From Octopus sinensis (lineage: Eukaryota), in assembly GCF_006345805.1 (NCBI RefSeq), contig NC_043026.1, positions 13,309,579 through 13,373,578 on the forward strand: a stretch of 64,000 nt of DNA, given 5' to 3'. Below are positions 11,920-24,133 of this stretch, in pieces (positions within the stretch are counted from its first letter, which is position 1; every line of letters begins with the position of its first letter). The position numbers were made by a program, and so were the translations under genes. The notes under the pieces were generated by a model. The model was not told the DNA's origin and made no database searches. It saw only the letters and a list, made by a program, of their open reading frames with translations.

Positions 11920-13200
11920 ATAGAAATTGGGTGATGTTGTAAGAGAAAATAAGGTGAGCCAGTGAGAGAGGGGGTAAAGAAACAAATGCTTCGTTGGTGA
12001 GTTACCATAGTTGTCCTTTTATGCCCTTGCTTGGTTCTTGGGGCAGTTCTTCTATATGTGGCCCGATTCCAGGCACAGGTGACACTTGGGGGGGAGGCTC
12101 CATCAAGAATCACCGGATACCTAGAACCGGCCATCTTTAAGAAATCTGGAAAAACCAGATCTTTGGCTGATTGGGTCCATAGTGTCAAAATTACTTTCGA
12201 CCCCACCCAATCAGCCACAGGAAACGTTTTAGCATTTAAGAGCCTGGTTCCGCTGCTACCCAGATCCCGGCGGATAGTATCCTCTATCCACTCGGGGTCT
12301 ATTCCGGGTGGCAACCCACACACCCAGGCTCTTGTCAATTTCCTCCCTCGATATGTGGGGAGAAACAAAATTTTTTACCCCCTTCCAGGGGCTGACTAGT
12401 GAAGATGCGAGCCTCCTCAGGGGTGTCAAACAGCACCCACACTGTTGCAAATTTGGCACCCCTTGCAATAAACTTGATAGTTGGCAGACATTATGCCAAC
12501 TCTTTCTCTATTTCAACCCGAGAGAACACAGTGATGGTGTCGAGGGACTTGGAATATGTCCTCAACACCGCCATTCTCTCATTACGGTCCTTTATCCACT
12601 GCCTAGGGGGCAAAATTTCCCACTCTAGTACAGTGTTTTTCTCTGTTGCCATCCTTGCAAACACAAAGAAAGTTTCCAACACAAAGTTCAAAAATGTTCA
12701 ATGTGGTGTGTGCGCGATTTGAATATAACGGCACCTACCAACTCTTCCTTGTGATGGAGACCCTTCTGTGGTAACTATTCCTTCGACACAGCCCCGACCT
12801 GAACACTAAAGACAGCAGCTGCTCACCCAAACCCTTAGCGACCGTCCTCACACGTCTTGTCACCCGGACGACCCACGCTGGAAAGGCCCAATTCACCGCT
12901 GCCTGCGCACGCCTGACAGCTGCCTCTTCCGGTTGCCCCAGCTTCCGGTCAATATAAAGGCACCTACCTTTTCTTCCTCGTGATGGAGACCCTTCTGTGG
13001 TAACTAATCCTTCGACACAGCCCCGACCTGAACACTAATGATAGCAGCTGCTCACCCAAACCCTTAGCGACCGTCCTCATACGTCTTGTCACCCGGACGA
13101 CCCACGCTGGAAAAGCCCAATTCACAGCTGCCTGCGCACGCCTGACAGCTCCCCTTCCGGTTGCCCCAGCTTCCGGTCGCCCCAGCTTCCGGTCAACGCA
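11920..13200 (-). mobile_element. Decayed L1/Tx1-type retrotransposon: 5' region and ORF1
   Basis: RRM-like ORF1 pieces (MATEKNTV..., TRAWVCGLPPGIDPEWI) and a CCHC knuckle CHLCLESGHI*KNC at 12041-12087 after a frameshift. Confidence 0.65.
12722..13192. repeat. Two tandem ~229-bp monomers
   Basis: aatataa.ggcacctacc...tcttcc..gtgatggagacccttctgtgg starts at ~12722 and ~12951. Confidence 0.85.
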
Positions 13201-13477
13201 CCCAGCTGCTGACGTCATCCCACATTCAATAAAAAATACATAAAAAGAACAGAAAGACAGAGCAGAGAGAAAGAACGAAGGGAGACAGTTCAATTCACGG
13301 CAACACAATTCCGCCACTCCGGTAATCCACTCCAGTTCCCCGTCGCAGCCAAAAAGTTAATCCTTGCTGTCCTCGTACTCCTTGCCTGTGGTACATCCAA
13401 TGGAACCTCTTGGTTTGAAGTAAACTTCTCACTTTAGCAACGAACCAACCAGTACGTGATCGTTCGATTTGCTAGAC

Positions 13478-14049
13478 CAGTGCTTTTCAAACTTTTTGTT
13501 GGAGCAGAACCCCAAGGAAACATTCCACTGGCTCACATACTCTTTTACTTGTTTCAGTCATTTGACTGCGGCCATGCTGGAGTACCGCCTTTAGTCGAGC
13601 AAATCGACCCCGGGACTTATTCTTTATAAGCCCAGTACTTATTCTATCGGTGTCTTTTGCCGAACCGCTAAGTGACGGGGACATAAACACACCAGCATCG
13701 GTTGTCAAGCAATGCTAGAGAGACAAACACAGACACAGACACACACACATACATATATATATATACATATATACGACGGGCTTCTTTCAGTTTCCGTCTA
13801 CCAAATCCACTCACAAGGCATTGGTCGGCCCGGGGCTATAGCAGAAGACACTTGCCCAAGATGCCACGCAGTGGGACTGAACCCGGAACCATGTGGTTGG
13901 TTAGCAAGCTACTTACCACACAGCCACTCCCGCGACATATCACTCATATCTGCACAGGAGAATTAAAAATTACTGCCGATTTTAGCAGTTTTGTAACTTA
14001 TTGCGGAAACCCTGGACTGTACTGGCGGAACCCTGGTTGAAAACCAGTG
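13478..14049 (-). mobile_element. hAT-type MITE with a nested SINE A (13537-13932)
   Basis: CAGTGCTTTTCAA...TTGAAAACCAGTG termini and an exact 8-bp TSD tgctagac (13470-13477, 14050-14057); same family as 34543-34952. Confidence 0.85.
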
Positions 14050-14119
14050 TGCTAGACGTAGCAACCAAACTGAAGCATTCGAAGTTGACGAAGACAATGT
14101 TAATTGCTTATATATGCAT

Positions 14120-14524
14120 TTGTTATTGGTCTATATACATGGTTTGAATATAATGCTCTAATCGAGGATTGAACGCTCTGGTCAGAGGTCAGTCAGTGTG
14201 ACCTGCTACCCAGCAGCCAGTCAACAGCCCACACTGCTGATAAGTGATTGGCCTTGACCCCTCTCTTGGTGACGTCACTTCTCTTAGACGTTTACTTTAT
14301 ATAATGATAAGAACCTATATTTACCATTCAACATACAATATCCATATAAACTTACAAATAATTGATTTAAAGATATTAAGAATACTTTAAACTAGAAAAT
14401 GTAAGGATTGAATATCTTTACAATATAGCAGGTAATTAAATGTGATTGGAATAAATAATTTACACATCAGTGGGTGTAACATTAACTTGTGTGAATATAG
14501 TCTGTGGTAAAAAGTCAAAAATTT
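14120..14524 (+). promoter_or_regulatory. Conserved U2 upstream region (contains PSE/DSE candidates)
   Basis: Near-identical to 17132-17549; palindromic GTGACGTCAC at about -255. Confidence 0.6.
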
Positions 14525-14715
14525 ATCGCTTCTCGGCCTTTTGGCTAAGATCAAAGTGTAGTATCTGTTCTTATCAGCTTAATATCTGATACGGTCCCTA
14601 TCTGGGACCATCGATATTAAACTGATTTTTGGAACGAGGCGAAGTGTTAGGGGCTTGCTCCGCCTTTGCCACGGGTTGGCCTGGTATTGCAGTGCTTCCA
14701 GGATTCAGCCCATCT
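14525..14715 (+). ncRNA. RNU2: U2 spliceosomal snRNA, copy 1
   Basis: ATCGCTTCTCGGCCTTTTGGCTAAGATCAAAGTGTAGTATCTG 5' end, branch-recognition GTAGTA, Sm site ATTTTTG, stem-loop IV TATTGCAGT. Confidence 0.97.
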
Positions 14716-15168
14716 CCCACCCGGGAGATACAAATAAATAATAATGTCAGATATGTTATTACACCCTCTCCCCTATATTTTTTTTTTCATCATCTCAGCG
14801 GGTTTTCCCGTTAGTTATCGTTGCTAAAAAGACCTTCCTCGCCGTCAGCGTTTGATCCCGCCTCAACCCCGTCGACTTCCATTTCCTTCCTCTTTACTTT
14901 CTCATTGCAAATCCCGTCATCGCTTTCGCACCACCACCTGCCAGCTTCTGTGCCTTTAGAGGAGACCCTTTTTACTTCTAAGCAATCGATTCGGGTCTCC
15001 ACTTTAAGTATACTGTTCTGTTTCTGTCTCTCTCCCTCACACCAGTCTCAGGTGCCCAGCACAGTTACGGTGAAACTGCATTTCCCCGTTACTACAACAA
15101 AGTGGAATAGCTGCAAACACAATGTGGGAGCACAAAACTAGTGACATTCCCTATCTATCAACCAAGTA

Positions 15169-16309
15169 GGGATCTTTTCTTTTTGATGGACGAATTTTCT
15201 AGTTATCTAAAAAATTTGAAACTTCGTATGCTGGTAGAATGTGTCAAAAGAAAACATTATTGTAAACAAAATTGTAATTCGTAACTTTAACGTAGTTTAA
15301 TTCTTCGAATTTTAACCAATGAAATCCCAGCATTGAGCTCAAACCATTTGCTGCGTTATCGATATTGATAAAGAAACATAGCAGACACATATTCAGATAC
15401 ATACACACGTACTCTTGCACACACACTCTCTGTCACTCTCTCTCTCTCAAACACATGCATATACATTTGCACAAGCACATAGTAATTAATATATAAGCGT
15501 ACACACACATACAAACGGAGATATACATACACACACATACGCACACAAGCATACATACACGTTCGTGTTTTGCCCCTTGCCGCAACAAATTTACACAAAA
15601 GGTAAATAAACCAGAAGGGGGGGGGGTCAATGTTTTATCGTTTCGGGGTCGATAAATTAAGTACCAATTATGCATTGGTGTCGAGGATTTTTTCCCCAGT
15701 TTATATCACAGCCTCCGACAAGCTGGGGCATCCTTTTATGAAAAAATATTTCGCAATTTTTTAGACCGCTTTAGGCGTATTATTCTTTTGTTTTTGTTGT
15801 TTCTGGCCCTTCAAAACCATGAGAGAAGCCTTTTCGGTAAAAAAAATAAAGAAAATATTCAAAATATATCGTTAATATTTTTATTGGGCGACGAAATTCA
15901 TCGATTTGAGAGATATAGCTGTTATTTCTAGCACATGTAGAAGACAGAAGAGAGAAAGGATGAATAAGACGTGTGTGTGTGTGAGTTTTTAGACGCAGCA
16001 AATGGTTTGAGCTCGAATGCTAGGATTTCATTGGTTAAAATTCGTAGAATTAAACTACGTTAAAGTTACGAATTACAATTTTGTTTACAATAATGTTTTC
16101 TTTTGACACATGCTACCAGTATGCGAAAAGATATTTCGTCTGAAAATCCGAGCATTTCGGCAATTAAACTACGTTAAACAAACAAATTACAATTTTCTCA
16201 AGAAAGCCAAGAGAAAAAAATGTTTTATTTTGACACATTCTACCAGTATACGAAGTTTTAAAGTGTTTAGTTAACTAGAAATTGTCTGCTGTTCAAAAGG
16301 AAAAGATCC
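15169..16309. mobile_element. Fold-back element with ~190-bp TIRs (GGATCTTTT family)
   Basis: 15169-15350 is the reverse complement of ~16000-16309 (with an internal duplication). Confidence 0.7.
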
Positions 16310-16671
16310 AAATAATCCCTTCCACTGAAGGCAAAAGGCCTTGAAATTTGTGGGGAGGGGACGAGTCGATTACATCGACCTCAGCGTTCCACTGGTACTA
16401 ACTATATTACTAGAAATAGCAGCTAACTCACCACCAACAAATGATTGCAACATTATTTGCACAATGAGAACTGAACTGTTAACTTCACCCCAGTCCAGTT
16501 TCACGCACGACGTTCACCCGACGCTATTGTAAATACTATTTTAAGAGTAATATGGTAAACAGTGATACGAAACCGAGTACCTGTTGGTTTGAAGCAAACT
16601 TGTTACTTTAACAAACGTACCAATCGCTACCTGGTCGCCCGATTTACAAGGTATAGCAATCAAAACAAGGC

Positions 16672-17100
16672 AGGGATCTTTTCCTTTTGAACGGCAGTTT
16701 TCAACACAATTTCTAGTTAACTAAAAAATTTTAAACTTCGTATACTGGTAGAATATGTTTATAAAACATCATTTTTTCTTGGCTTTATTGAGAAAATTCT
16801 ATATGTTGTAAGATATTTCGACTTTAATTTCGAGCACTTCGGCAATTTTAACCAATCGCTCACCTCCATTTGGGGTGAAAACATTCCGTGCTGTATGAAT
16901 ATGTCCCTCAGAAACAGATTGGGTTTATTTACATTTGCGAAGAAAAAAAAGATACCCTTCCCCACCCCTAACCCTAACCCTACCCCTAACCATAACCATA
17001 ACTCTAAACCTAACCCTAAAATAGATTGAAATGCAATAGATCGATACTAGGGTTATAATTATGGGTGACAATTTCATTTGACGCTGCTAGAAAAAAATCC
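16672..17100. mobile_element. GGATCTTTT-family TIR element fragment with a (CCCTAA)n-like tract
   Basis: Same terminus and body as 57425-57821; degenerate CCCTAA repeats at 16966-17020. Confidence 0.65.
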
Positions 17101-17131
17101 CATTTTCCGTAGCGGTGTCGCTGAAATAGGT

Positions 17132-17549
17132 ATTTGTTATTGGTCTATAAATATGATTTGAATGTAAGATGCACTAATTGAGGATTGATCGCTCTGGTCA
17201 GAGGTCAGTAAGGTTCATGCAGTGTGACCTGCTACCCGGCAGCCAGTCAGTAGCCAACACTGCTGATAAGTGATTCGCCTCGACCCCTCTCTTGGTGACG
17301 TCACTTCTCTTAGACGTTTACTTTATATAATGATAAGAACCTATATTTACCATTCAACATACAATATCTATATAAACTTACAAATAATTGATTTAAAGAT
17401 ATTAAAAATACTTTAAACTAGAAAATGTAAGGATTGAATATCTTGACAATATAACAGGTAATTTAATGTGATTGGAATAAATAATTTACACATCAGTGGG
17501 TGTAACATTAACTTGTGTGAATATAGTCTGTGGTAAAGAGGAAAAAATT
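17132..17549 (+). promoter_or_regulatory. Conserved U2 upstream region, copy 2
   Basis: Paralogue of 14120-14524; GTGACGTCAC at 17295-17304. Confidence 0.6.
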
Positions 17550-17740
17550 ATCGCTTCTCGGCCTTTTGGCTAAGATCAAAGTGTAGTATCTGTTCTTATC
17601 AGCTTAATATCTGATACGGTCCCTATTTGGGACCATCGATATTAAACTGATTTTTGGAACGAGGCGAAGTGTTAGGGGCTTGCTCCGCCTTTGCCACGGG
17701 TTGGCCTGGTATTGCAGTGCTTCCAGGATTCAGCCCATCT
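17550..17740 (+). ncRNA. RNU2: U2 spliceosomal snRNA, copy 2
   Basis: Identical to copy 1 except one C/T in the stem-loop IIb loop (ggtccctat[c/t]tgggacc). Confidence 0.97.
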
Positions 17741-18313
17741 CCCACCCGGGAGATACAAATAAATAATAATGTCAGATATATTATCACAGCCTCTTCCTTC
17801 TATTTTTTTTGTCATCTTGTCAGCGGGTTTTCCGGTAGTTGCTAGAAAGACCTTCCTCGCCGTCAGCAAGCAGTTCGCGTTCGATCTCGCTTCAACCCCG
17901 TCGACTTCCATTTCCTTCCTCTCTGCTTCCTCATTTCAAATCCCATCATCGCTTTCACACCACCACCTGCCAGCTTCGGTGCCTTTAGAGGGGACCCTTT
18001 TTTCTTCTAAGCAGAAGGGTTAGGGTTAGTGACAGGATGTTGTCTCAGTTTTAGACGCAGCAAATGATTTTAGCTCAATAGAGGCCATCGATCGGTTAAA
18101 GTTCGAAAAATTAAACTACGTTAAACTTACAAATTACAATTTTCTCAAGAAAGCCAAGAGAAAAAAATGTTTTATTTTGACACATTCTACTAGTATACGA
18201 AGTTTTAAAAGTGTTTAGTTAACTAGAAATTGTGTTGAAAACTGCCGTTCAAAAGGAAAAGATTATGGGATCTGGTAGCCACATTAATTAATTAAATTTT
18301 TAAATCAAAGTTC

Positions 18314-18731
18314 GGCAATCTTTCGTCTCTAGTAGACCTTTCCGTCGATTTCCGTAAAAATTTTTTTTTTTACATATGGGCTTGCGGGAACTTTTGAAGT
18401 AATGAGAGCGAAAGAGACTAAGAGAAAGCGATTTTATGACGAGGGAAGTTCTTTTGAAGTTACCGTGCATGGCAAGCATTGATGTACATGTGTGTGTGTG
18501 TGTTTGATGGGGTGTGGGAGGCAGACAGTATGTTGTGTAAGTGAAGTGCTTCTGTTAGTGTGTGTGAAGAGACAGAGTAATGTGTGAAAGAAAGAGATAA
18601 CTGAAATTTTTTACTCGGTGTATGTGTATATGTATGTATATTACTTCAAAAGTTCCCGCAAGCCCATATGTAAAAAAAAATATTTTTTTACGGAAATCGA
18701 CGGAAAGGTCTACTAGAGACGAAAGATCGCC
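18314..18731. mobile_element. Long-TIR MITE (GGCGATC family), copy 2
   Basis: TIRs and body match 7720-8105. Confidence 0.85.
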
Positions 18732-18949
18732 AATTAATTTTTTTTTTTTTTTATCTAAACACTTTGAAACTTCGGATACTGGTAGACTGTGACACATAGA
18801 GCAGGGTTTACTCTTAGCGTGGGATCTTTTTAATTAATGAATGTGGCTACCAAATTGAAAACATCCCAATTATGTCTGTACATACACGTGTTCTTGTGTT
18901 TTTATATATGTACGTGTCTATAATTATGCATATGTACTAAGATATGTCT

Positions 18950-18994
18950 GTGTGTGTGTGTGTGTATACATACGTATATGTATCAAAATATGTC

Positions 18995-19067
<73 letters not shown>

Positions 19068-19244
19068 GTATATATATATATATAACAATATGTATTAAAA
19101 CGTGTCTGTCTACGTGTGTATAAATATATATGTATATTTTTTAAATCATGTCTATGTGTATGTGTATATATATATATACACACATATATGTGTGTGTGTG
19201 TGTGTTTGTGTATGTATATATATGTATATATATATATATAATAC

Positions 19245-19278
<34 letters not shown>

Positions 19279-19330
19279 CATACGTATGTATGTATATATA
19301 TATATATATATACACATACACATAGACATG

Positions 19331-19363
<33 letters not shown>

Positions 19364-19372
19364 ATATATAAT
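18950..19372. repeat. (TA)n/(TG)n compound microsatellite
   Basis: Seen directly in the sequence. Confidence 0.9.
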
Positions 19373-19374
19373 TT

Positions 19375-19735
19375 TAATCCAAACGGGAAAACAAAAAAAC
19401 AACAACAATGGAACAATTACAGTATTATTATTAATAGGCGCTCAGGAAATGGAAGCAGGGAGGTATGACGTTTCGAGCGGAGCTCTTCGTCGGAAACATA
19501 AAGAAGGAAGAGAGAGGAAAGAAAGATCCCAAAGCGGGCAACAGGGATAGAGAAAAAAAACGACTGGTGTTTACGAGTTACACATGGTGAAAATAATTTA
19601 TTAAAACATTTTACCTTCGCCCATATAATAAAATAAATGTATGCATTTATGTACTTCACTAGCAGTATATTGGATTAATGATATCCCATAGTGGGTTACA
19701 CTCATAACCCCTATCTCACATTGTACTTATATATA
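19375..19735 (-). mobile_element. Penelope-like-element-derived repeat with a hammerhead-like core at 19465-19497
   Basis: Reverse complement ccgacga-a-gagc-tcc-gctc-gaaac-gtc followed by cctgagcgcc..taat as at 575-775. Confidence 0.5.
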
Positions 19736-19755
19736 TATATATGTATATATATATG

Positions 19756-19787
<32 letters not shown>

Positions 19788-19973
19788 CATATATATTATA
19801 TATATATATACATATATATATACATATATATATATATAAGTACAATGTGAGATAGGGGTTATGAGTGTAACCCACTATGGGATATCATTAATCCAATATA
19901 CTGCTAGTGAAGTACATAAATGCATACATTTATTTTATTATATGGGCGAAGGTAAAATGTTTTAATAAATTAT
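19593..19973. repeat. Perfect inverted repeat, ~140-bp arms around an (AT)n core
   Basis: 19593-19735 is the exact reverse complement of 19831-19973. Confidence 0.92.
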
Positions 19974-20224
19974 ATGAATTGGTATTATCTGGACGTAAAC
20001 ACACCAGCATCGGTTGTCAAGCAATGCTAGGGGGACAAACACAGACACACAAACATAAACGCACATACATATATACGACGGGCTTCTTTTTTAAGCTTCC
20101 ATCTACCAAATCCACTCACAAGGCTATAGTAGAAGACACTTGCCCAAGGTGCCACGCAGTGAGACTGAACCCGGAACCATGCGGTTGGTAAACAAGCTAC
20201 TTACCACACAGCCACTCCTGCGCC

Positions 20225-20312
<88 letters not shown>

Positions 20313-20326
20313 TTATATATATATAT

Positions 20327-20437
<111 letters not shown>

Positions 20438-20438
20438 T

Positions 20439-20728
20439 AAACAGAGAAACACAATTGAAAAAAGTTAAAGAGAAGAAAATCTGGAATGTTTTAATACAGG
20501 CGTAGGAGTGGATGTGTGGTAAAGTAGCTCGCTTACCAACCATATGTCTCTACTACTATAGACTTGGGCCGAATCCATTCGCAAGGCTTTGGTCGGCCCG
20601 AGTCTATAGTAGTAGAGACATATGGTTGGTAAGCGAGCTACTTTACCACACATCCACTCCTACGCCTGTATTTAAACATTCCAGATTTTCTTTCTCTTTA
20701 ACTCTTTATCAATTGTGTTCTCTGTTTT
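20439..20728. repeat. Fold-back inverted repeat of a SINE head plus its flank
   Basis: ~135-bp arms with a ~20-nt spacer, directly after a (TA)n tract. Confidence 0.9.
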
Positions 20729-20924
20729 GACCAAATTTCTAATTTAATTTTGTAAAACTAGATTGATAAAAACAAAAGGATTGTTGATCTGGGTGGAAAC
20801 GGGGTAGAATGATGGAAGACGGGTGGTGGCGACGTTGGAGATAATATAAACTGAACGTGAAAGAAGGAAAGTGGGGGCAGAGATATATTTATCCATATAT
20901 TATTTATAGGGTACAACTTAAGAA

Positions 20925-23110
20925 GAGTGGCCCAGGTGCGCGCACTAGTTAGTCGTGACTAGTCGATCCTTACTTTGTTTTTTGTGTTTTATTTACTTTG
21001 TTTGAAAAAAATTATTTACTTTGTATAAAAAAAATTTATTTATTTTGTGTTTTATTTACTTTGCTAGGGAGTCGTTTCTGGGATCGACTAGTCACGACTA
21101 GCTAACGCGGATGCGCGAGTCCGGGCACTGGGACCAATCTTATTAAATAGTACTTATTTATAGTCTGTATGAAATTGCTGACATGCGCATACATGCATAC
21201 ACTCCTCAACACACACACACACGCCCATTTCTTTAAATAAACACCACAGCGACTGTTGTCCGTCAGGTTTTCACGTTGTTTCAACGAACTCGGAGGAGGA
21301 CCCTGCTATCGAGAGTATTCGAACCCCGCAAGACATTCCTGAGACCAAAAAGACTTCAGGCTGAGATTGAACCCCAATTATTGGCTCAGGTAAATATTTC
21401 ATTGATGACTATTTTAATTAAAGGACAACTTTAGTAACCTATTTGCGTCGTTAACGACTCATTAGTACTTTTGAAACTTCACCGAGTCGTGTGAGGTGAT
21501 GTCTGTGAGGGCGCTTGGCTTTCCTAACGCCTTAGCTTCGCCATCAACCGCGGTAATTCTGCGAGCTTGGCTTGTCTCAGTAGATTCCATTCAACCTTGT
21601 AGTGTGTGACCTGTTGAAGTATTTGATGCTACAGTCGGTCTTTCACCATGGTGGCGATCTTTCGTCTCTAGTAGACCTTTCCGTCGATTTCCGTAAAAAC
21701 TTCTTTTTTTTTTACATATGGGCTTGCGGGAACTTTTGAAGTAATATACATACATATACACATACACCGAGTAAAAAATTTCAGTTATCTCTTTCTTTCA
21801 CAAATTACTCTGTCTCTTCACACACACTAACAGAAGCACTTCACTTACACAACCCCCTGTCTGTCTCCCACACCCCATCAAACACACACACACATGTACA
21901 TCAATGTTTCCCCTGGACGGTAACTTCAAAAGAACTTCCCTCGTCATACAATCGCTTTCTCTTAGTCTCTTTTGCTCTCATTACTTCAAAAGTTCCCGCA
22001 AGCCCATATGTTAAAAAAAAAAATTTTTTTGTACGGAAATCGACGGAAAGGTCTACTAGAGACGAAAGATTGCCCAAATGGTTTCAATACAGTTTTAGCG
22101 GAAAGATTTGGAAGAATTAGAAGAAAGTTCGGTACTACTTTAAATACAGAGGTACCGACGCATCTACCCAACTCTAACCCTAAAAAACATCGTGGTATTA
22201 CTAGCGAACAGTGGTCCCGGTGCGCGCACAAGCGTACTCGCGAATCCGCGCTAGCTAGTCATGACTAGTCGATCCTAAAACAACACCCTAGCAAAGTAAA
22301 TAAAACACTAAATAAATAATTTTTTTTTATACAAAGTAAATAACACAAAACACAAAGTAAGAAGGATCGACTACTCATGACTAGCTAGTGCGGATGCGCG
22401 AGTACGCGCACCGGGACCACTGTTCGCTAGTAGTACCAAACATCGTTACGTCGATGCATCGTAACCTCGATACTACTAGCGAACAGTGGTCCCGGTGCGC
22501 GCACTCGCGCTAGCTAGTCGTAAGTAGTCGATCCTACGACTTTTTAACCCTAACCCTAACCTTAGTTTATAAAAATAATTCATTTACTTAGTTTAAAAAA
22601 ATTATTTACTTTGTTCGAAAAATATTATTTAATTTTCTTTGATATGTATTCAGCCTTGAAATACAAACATACTCGCAAGTCGTTGTAGGATCGAGTGCGC
22701 GCACCGGGACCATTGTTCGCTAGTAGTACTCGGGACGTTAAACTTACAAATTACAATTTTGTTTTCAATTTTGTTTACAATAATGTTTTCTTTTGACACA
22801 TTCTACCAGTATACGAAGTTTCAAATTGTTTAGTTAACTAGAAAATTCCGTCCATCAAAAGGAAAAGATCCTAAATTTTTTTTCGTGTAAATAAAAGTCT
22901 ATGTTATCTTATGAATTCGCCAGCAAAATCTTAGGATCTAGTTTTTTCATTCGCAAAATCTTCAAGTACTTATTTAAGAGTGGTCCCGGTGCGCGCACCC
23001 GCGCTAGCTAGTCGATCCTTTGTGTTTTTGTGTTTTATTTACTTTGTTTTAAAAAAATTATTTATTTTGTGTTTTATTGACTTTGCTAGGTGGTCATTGT
23101 AGGATCGACT
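20925..23110. mobile_element. Cluster of CpG-rich TIR MITEs (GTGGTCCCGGTGCGCGCAC...GACTAGTCGATCCT): ~20927-21137, 22200-22435, 22470-22730, 22980-23110
   Basis: Each unit begins and ends with reverse-complementary blocks around an A/T-rich core. Confidence 0.7.
21653..22074. mobile_element. Long-TIR MITE (GGCGATC family), copy 3, inverted body
   Basis: TIRs match 7720-8105; internal sequence is in the opposite orientation. Confidence 0.85.
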
Positions 23111-23112
23111 AG

Positions 23113-23411
23113 TCTCTTTTGCCGAACCGCTAAGTTACGGGGACGTAAACACACCAGCATCGGTTGTCAAGCGATGTGGGGGGGGGGGTCAAACGCAGAT
23201 ACACAAACATATACACACACATACATATATATATACATACATACATATATACAACGGGCTTCTTTCAGTTTCCGCCTACCAAATCCACTCACAAGGCTTT
23301 GGTCGGCCCGAGGCTATAGCAGAAGACACTTGCCCAAGGTGCCACGCAGTGGGACTGAACCCGGAACCTTGAGGTTGGTAAACAAGCTACTTACCACACA
23401 GTCACTCCTAC
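23113..23411 (-). mobile_element. SINE family A, 3'-truncated
   Basis: Reverse complement of the family A consensus. Confidence 0.8.
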
Positions 23412-23754
23412 GTTCACTATCGTGTACTTAATCTCTTGAGGTGCGCACACTCGCCGTTCCATGCATTATCTTAGCTATTTTAGACCACGTTCAGATCATG
23501 AGACTAGCAATAGACAAATGACATGCGAATATTTTACATGCATAACACCAAGTTTTGAGTTGTACAATATGCAACCTATTATTTTTTTTAAGATTTATTG
23601 AGCAGAATAACTCGTGCATATCATATTAGGATAAATAGCTTCACCTTGTTCGTTTTCATAAACCGGTAGACGTAAATGTACGACGCTATGTTATTGTAAC
23701 GGTGAACGTAAATAGACGCGAGCTCGTTGGCACTTGTGTGTTTGTATGACCTCA

Positions 23755-24133
23755 TCTTTATATATAAAAGTAAGGTTGTGTGTCTGTCTACTCCGATTTA
23801 GATTCCTAACTACTCCCACATTTTGCGGTGCAGTTTAACCAAAACCGGGTATCTTATAGTCGTGATTCATATCGAGCCCTTCTGGGTATTAGCGCGCGTC
23901 TACGATGAGTCTACGATTTTAAAAATAATTTACCATAATTTTTTTCCATTTTAATGCATATTTTTTTAAAGTGAAGTAACTCTCTAAAAATGTCTACGAT
24001 GAGTCAACGATTTAAAAAAAAAAATTACCATCATATTTTTTCCATTTTTAATGCATTTTTTGCTATAACTCTCTAAAAATGCTTTATACTTATTTCCCTT
24101 ACAAACCCGAGTAACGCTGGGCGATACTGCTAG
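23755..24133 (+). mobile_element. Non-autonomous Helitron with an internal duplication
   Basis: A|TC start, cccgagtaacgctggg hairpin, CTAG|T end; body matches 11657-11913. Confidence 0.85.

Noticed and set aside
14811-15002. Charged minus-strand ORF downstream of U2 (also 17672-17911)
   Set aside because: Short, low complexity, indels differ between the copies, no recognisable domain.
11920-17740. Possibility that the Tx1-like element is a U2-targeting Keno/Utopia insertion
   Set aside because: Both U2 genes are intact and I see no U2 fragment at either end of the element.
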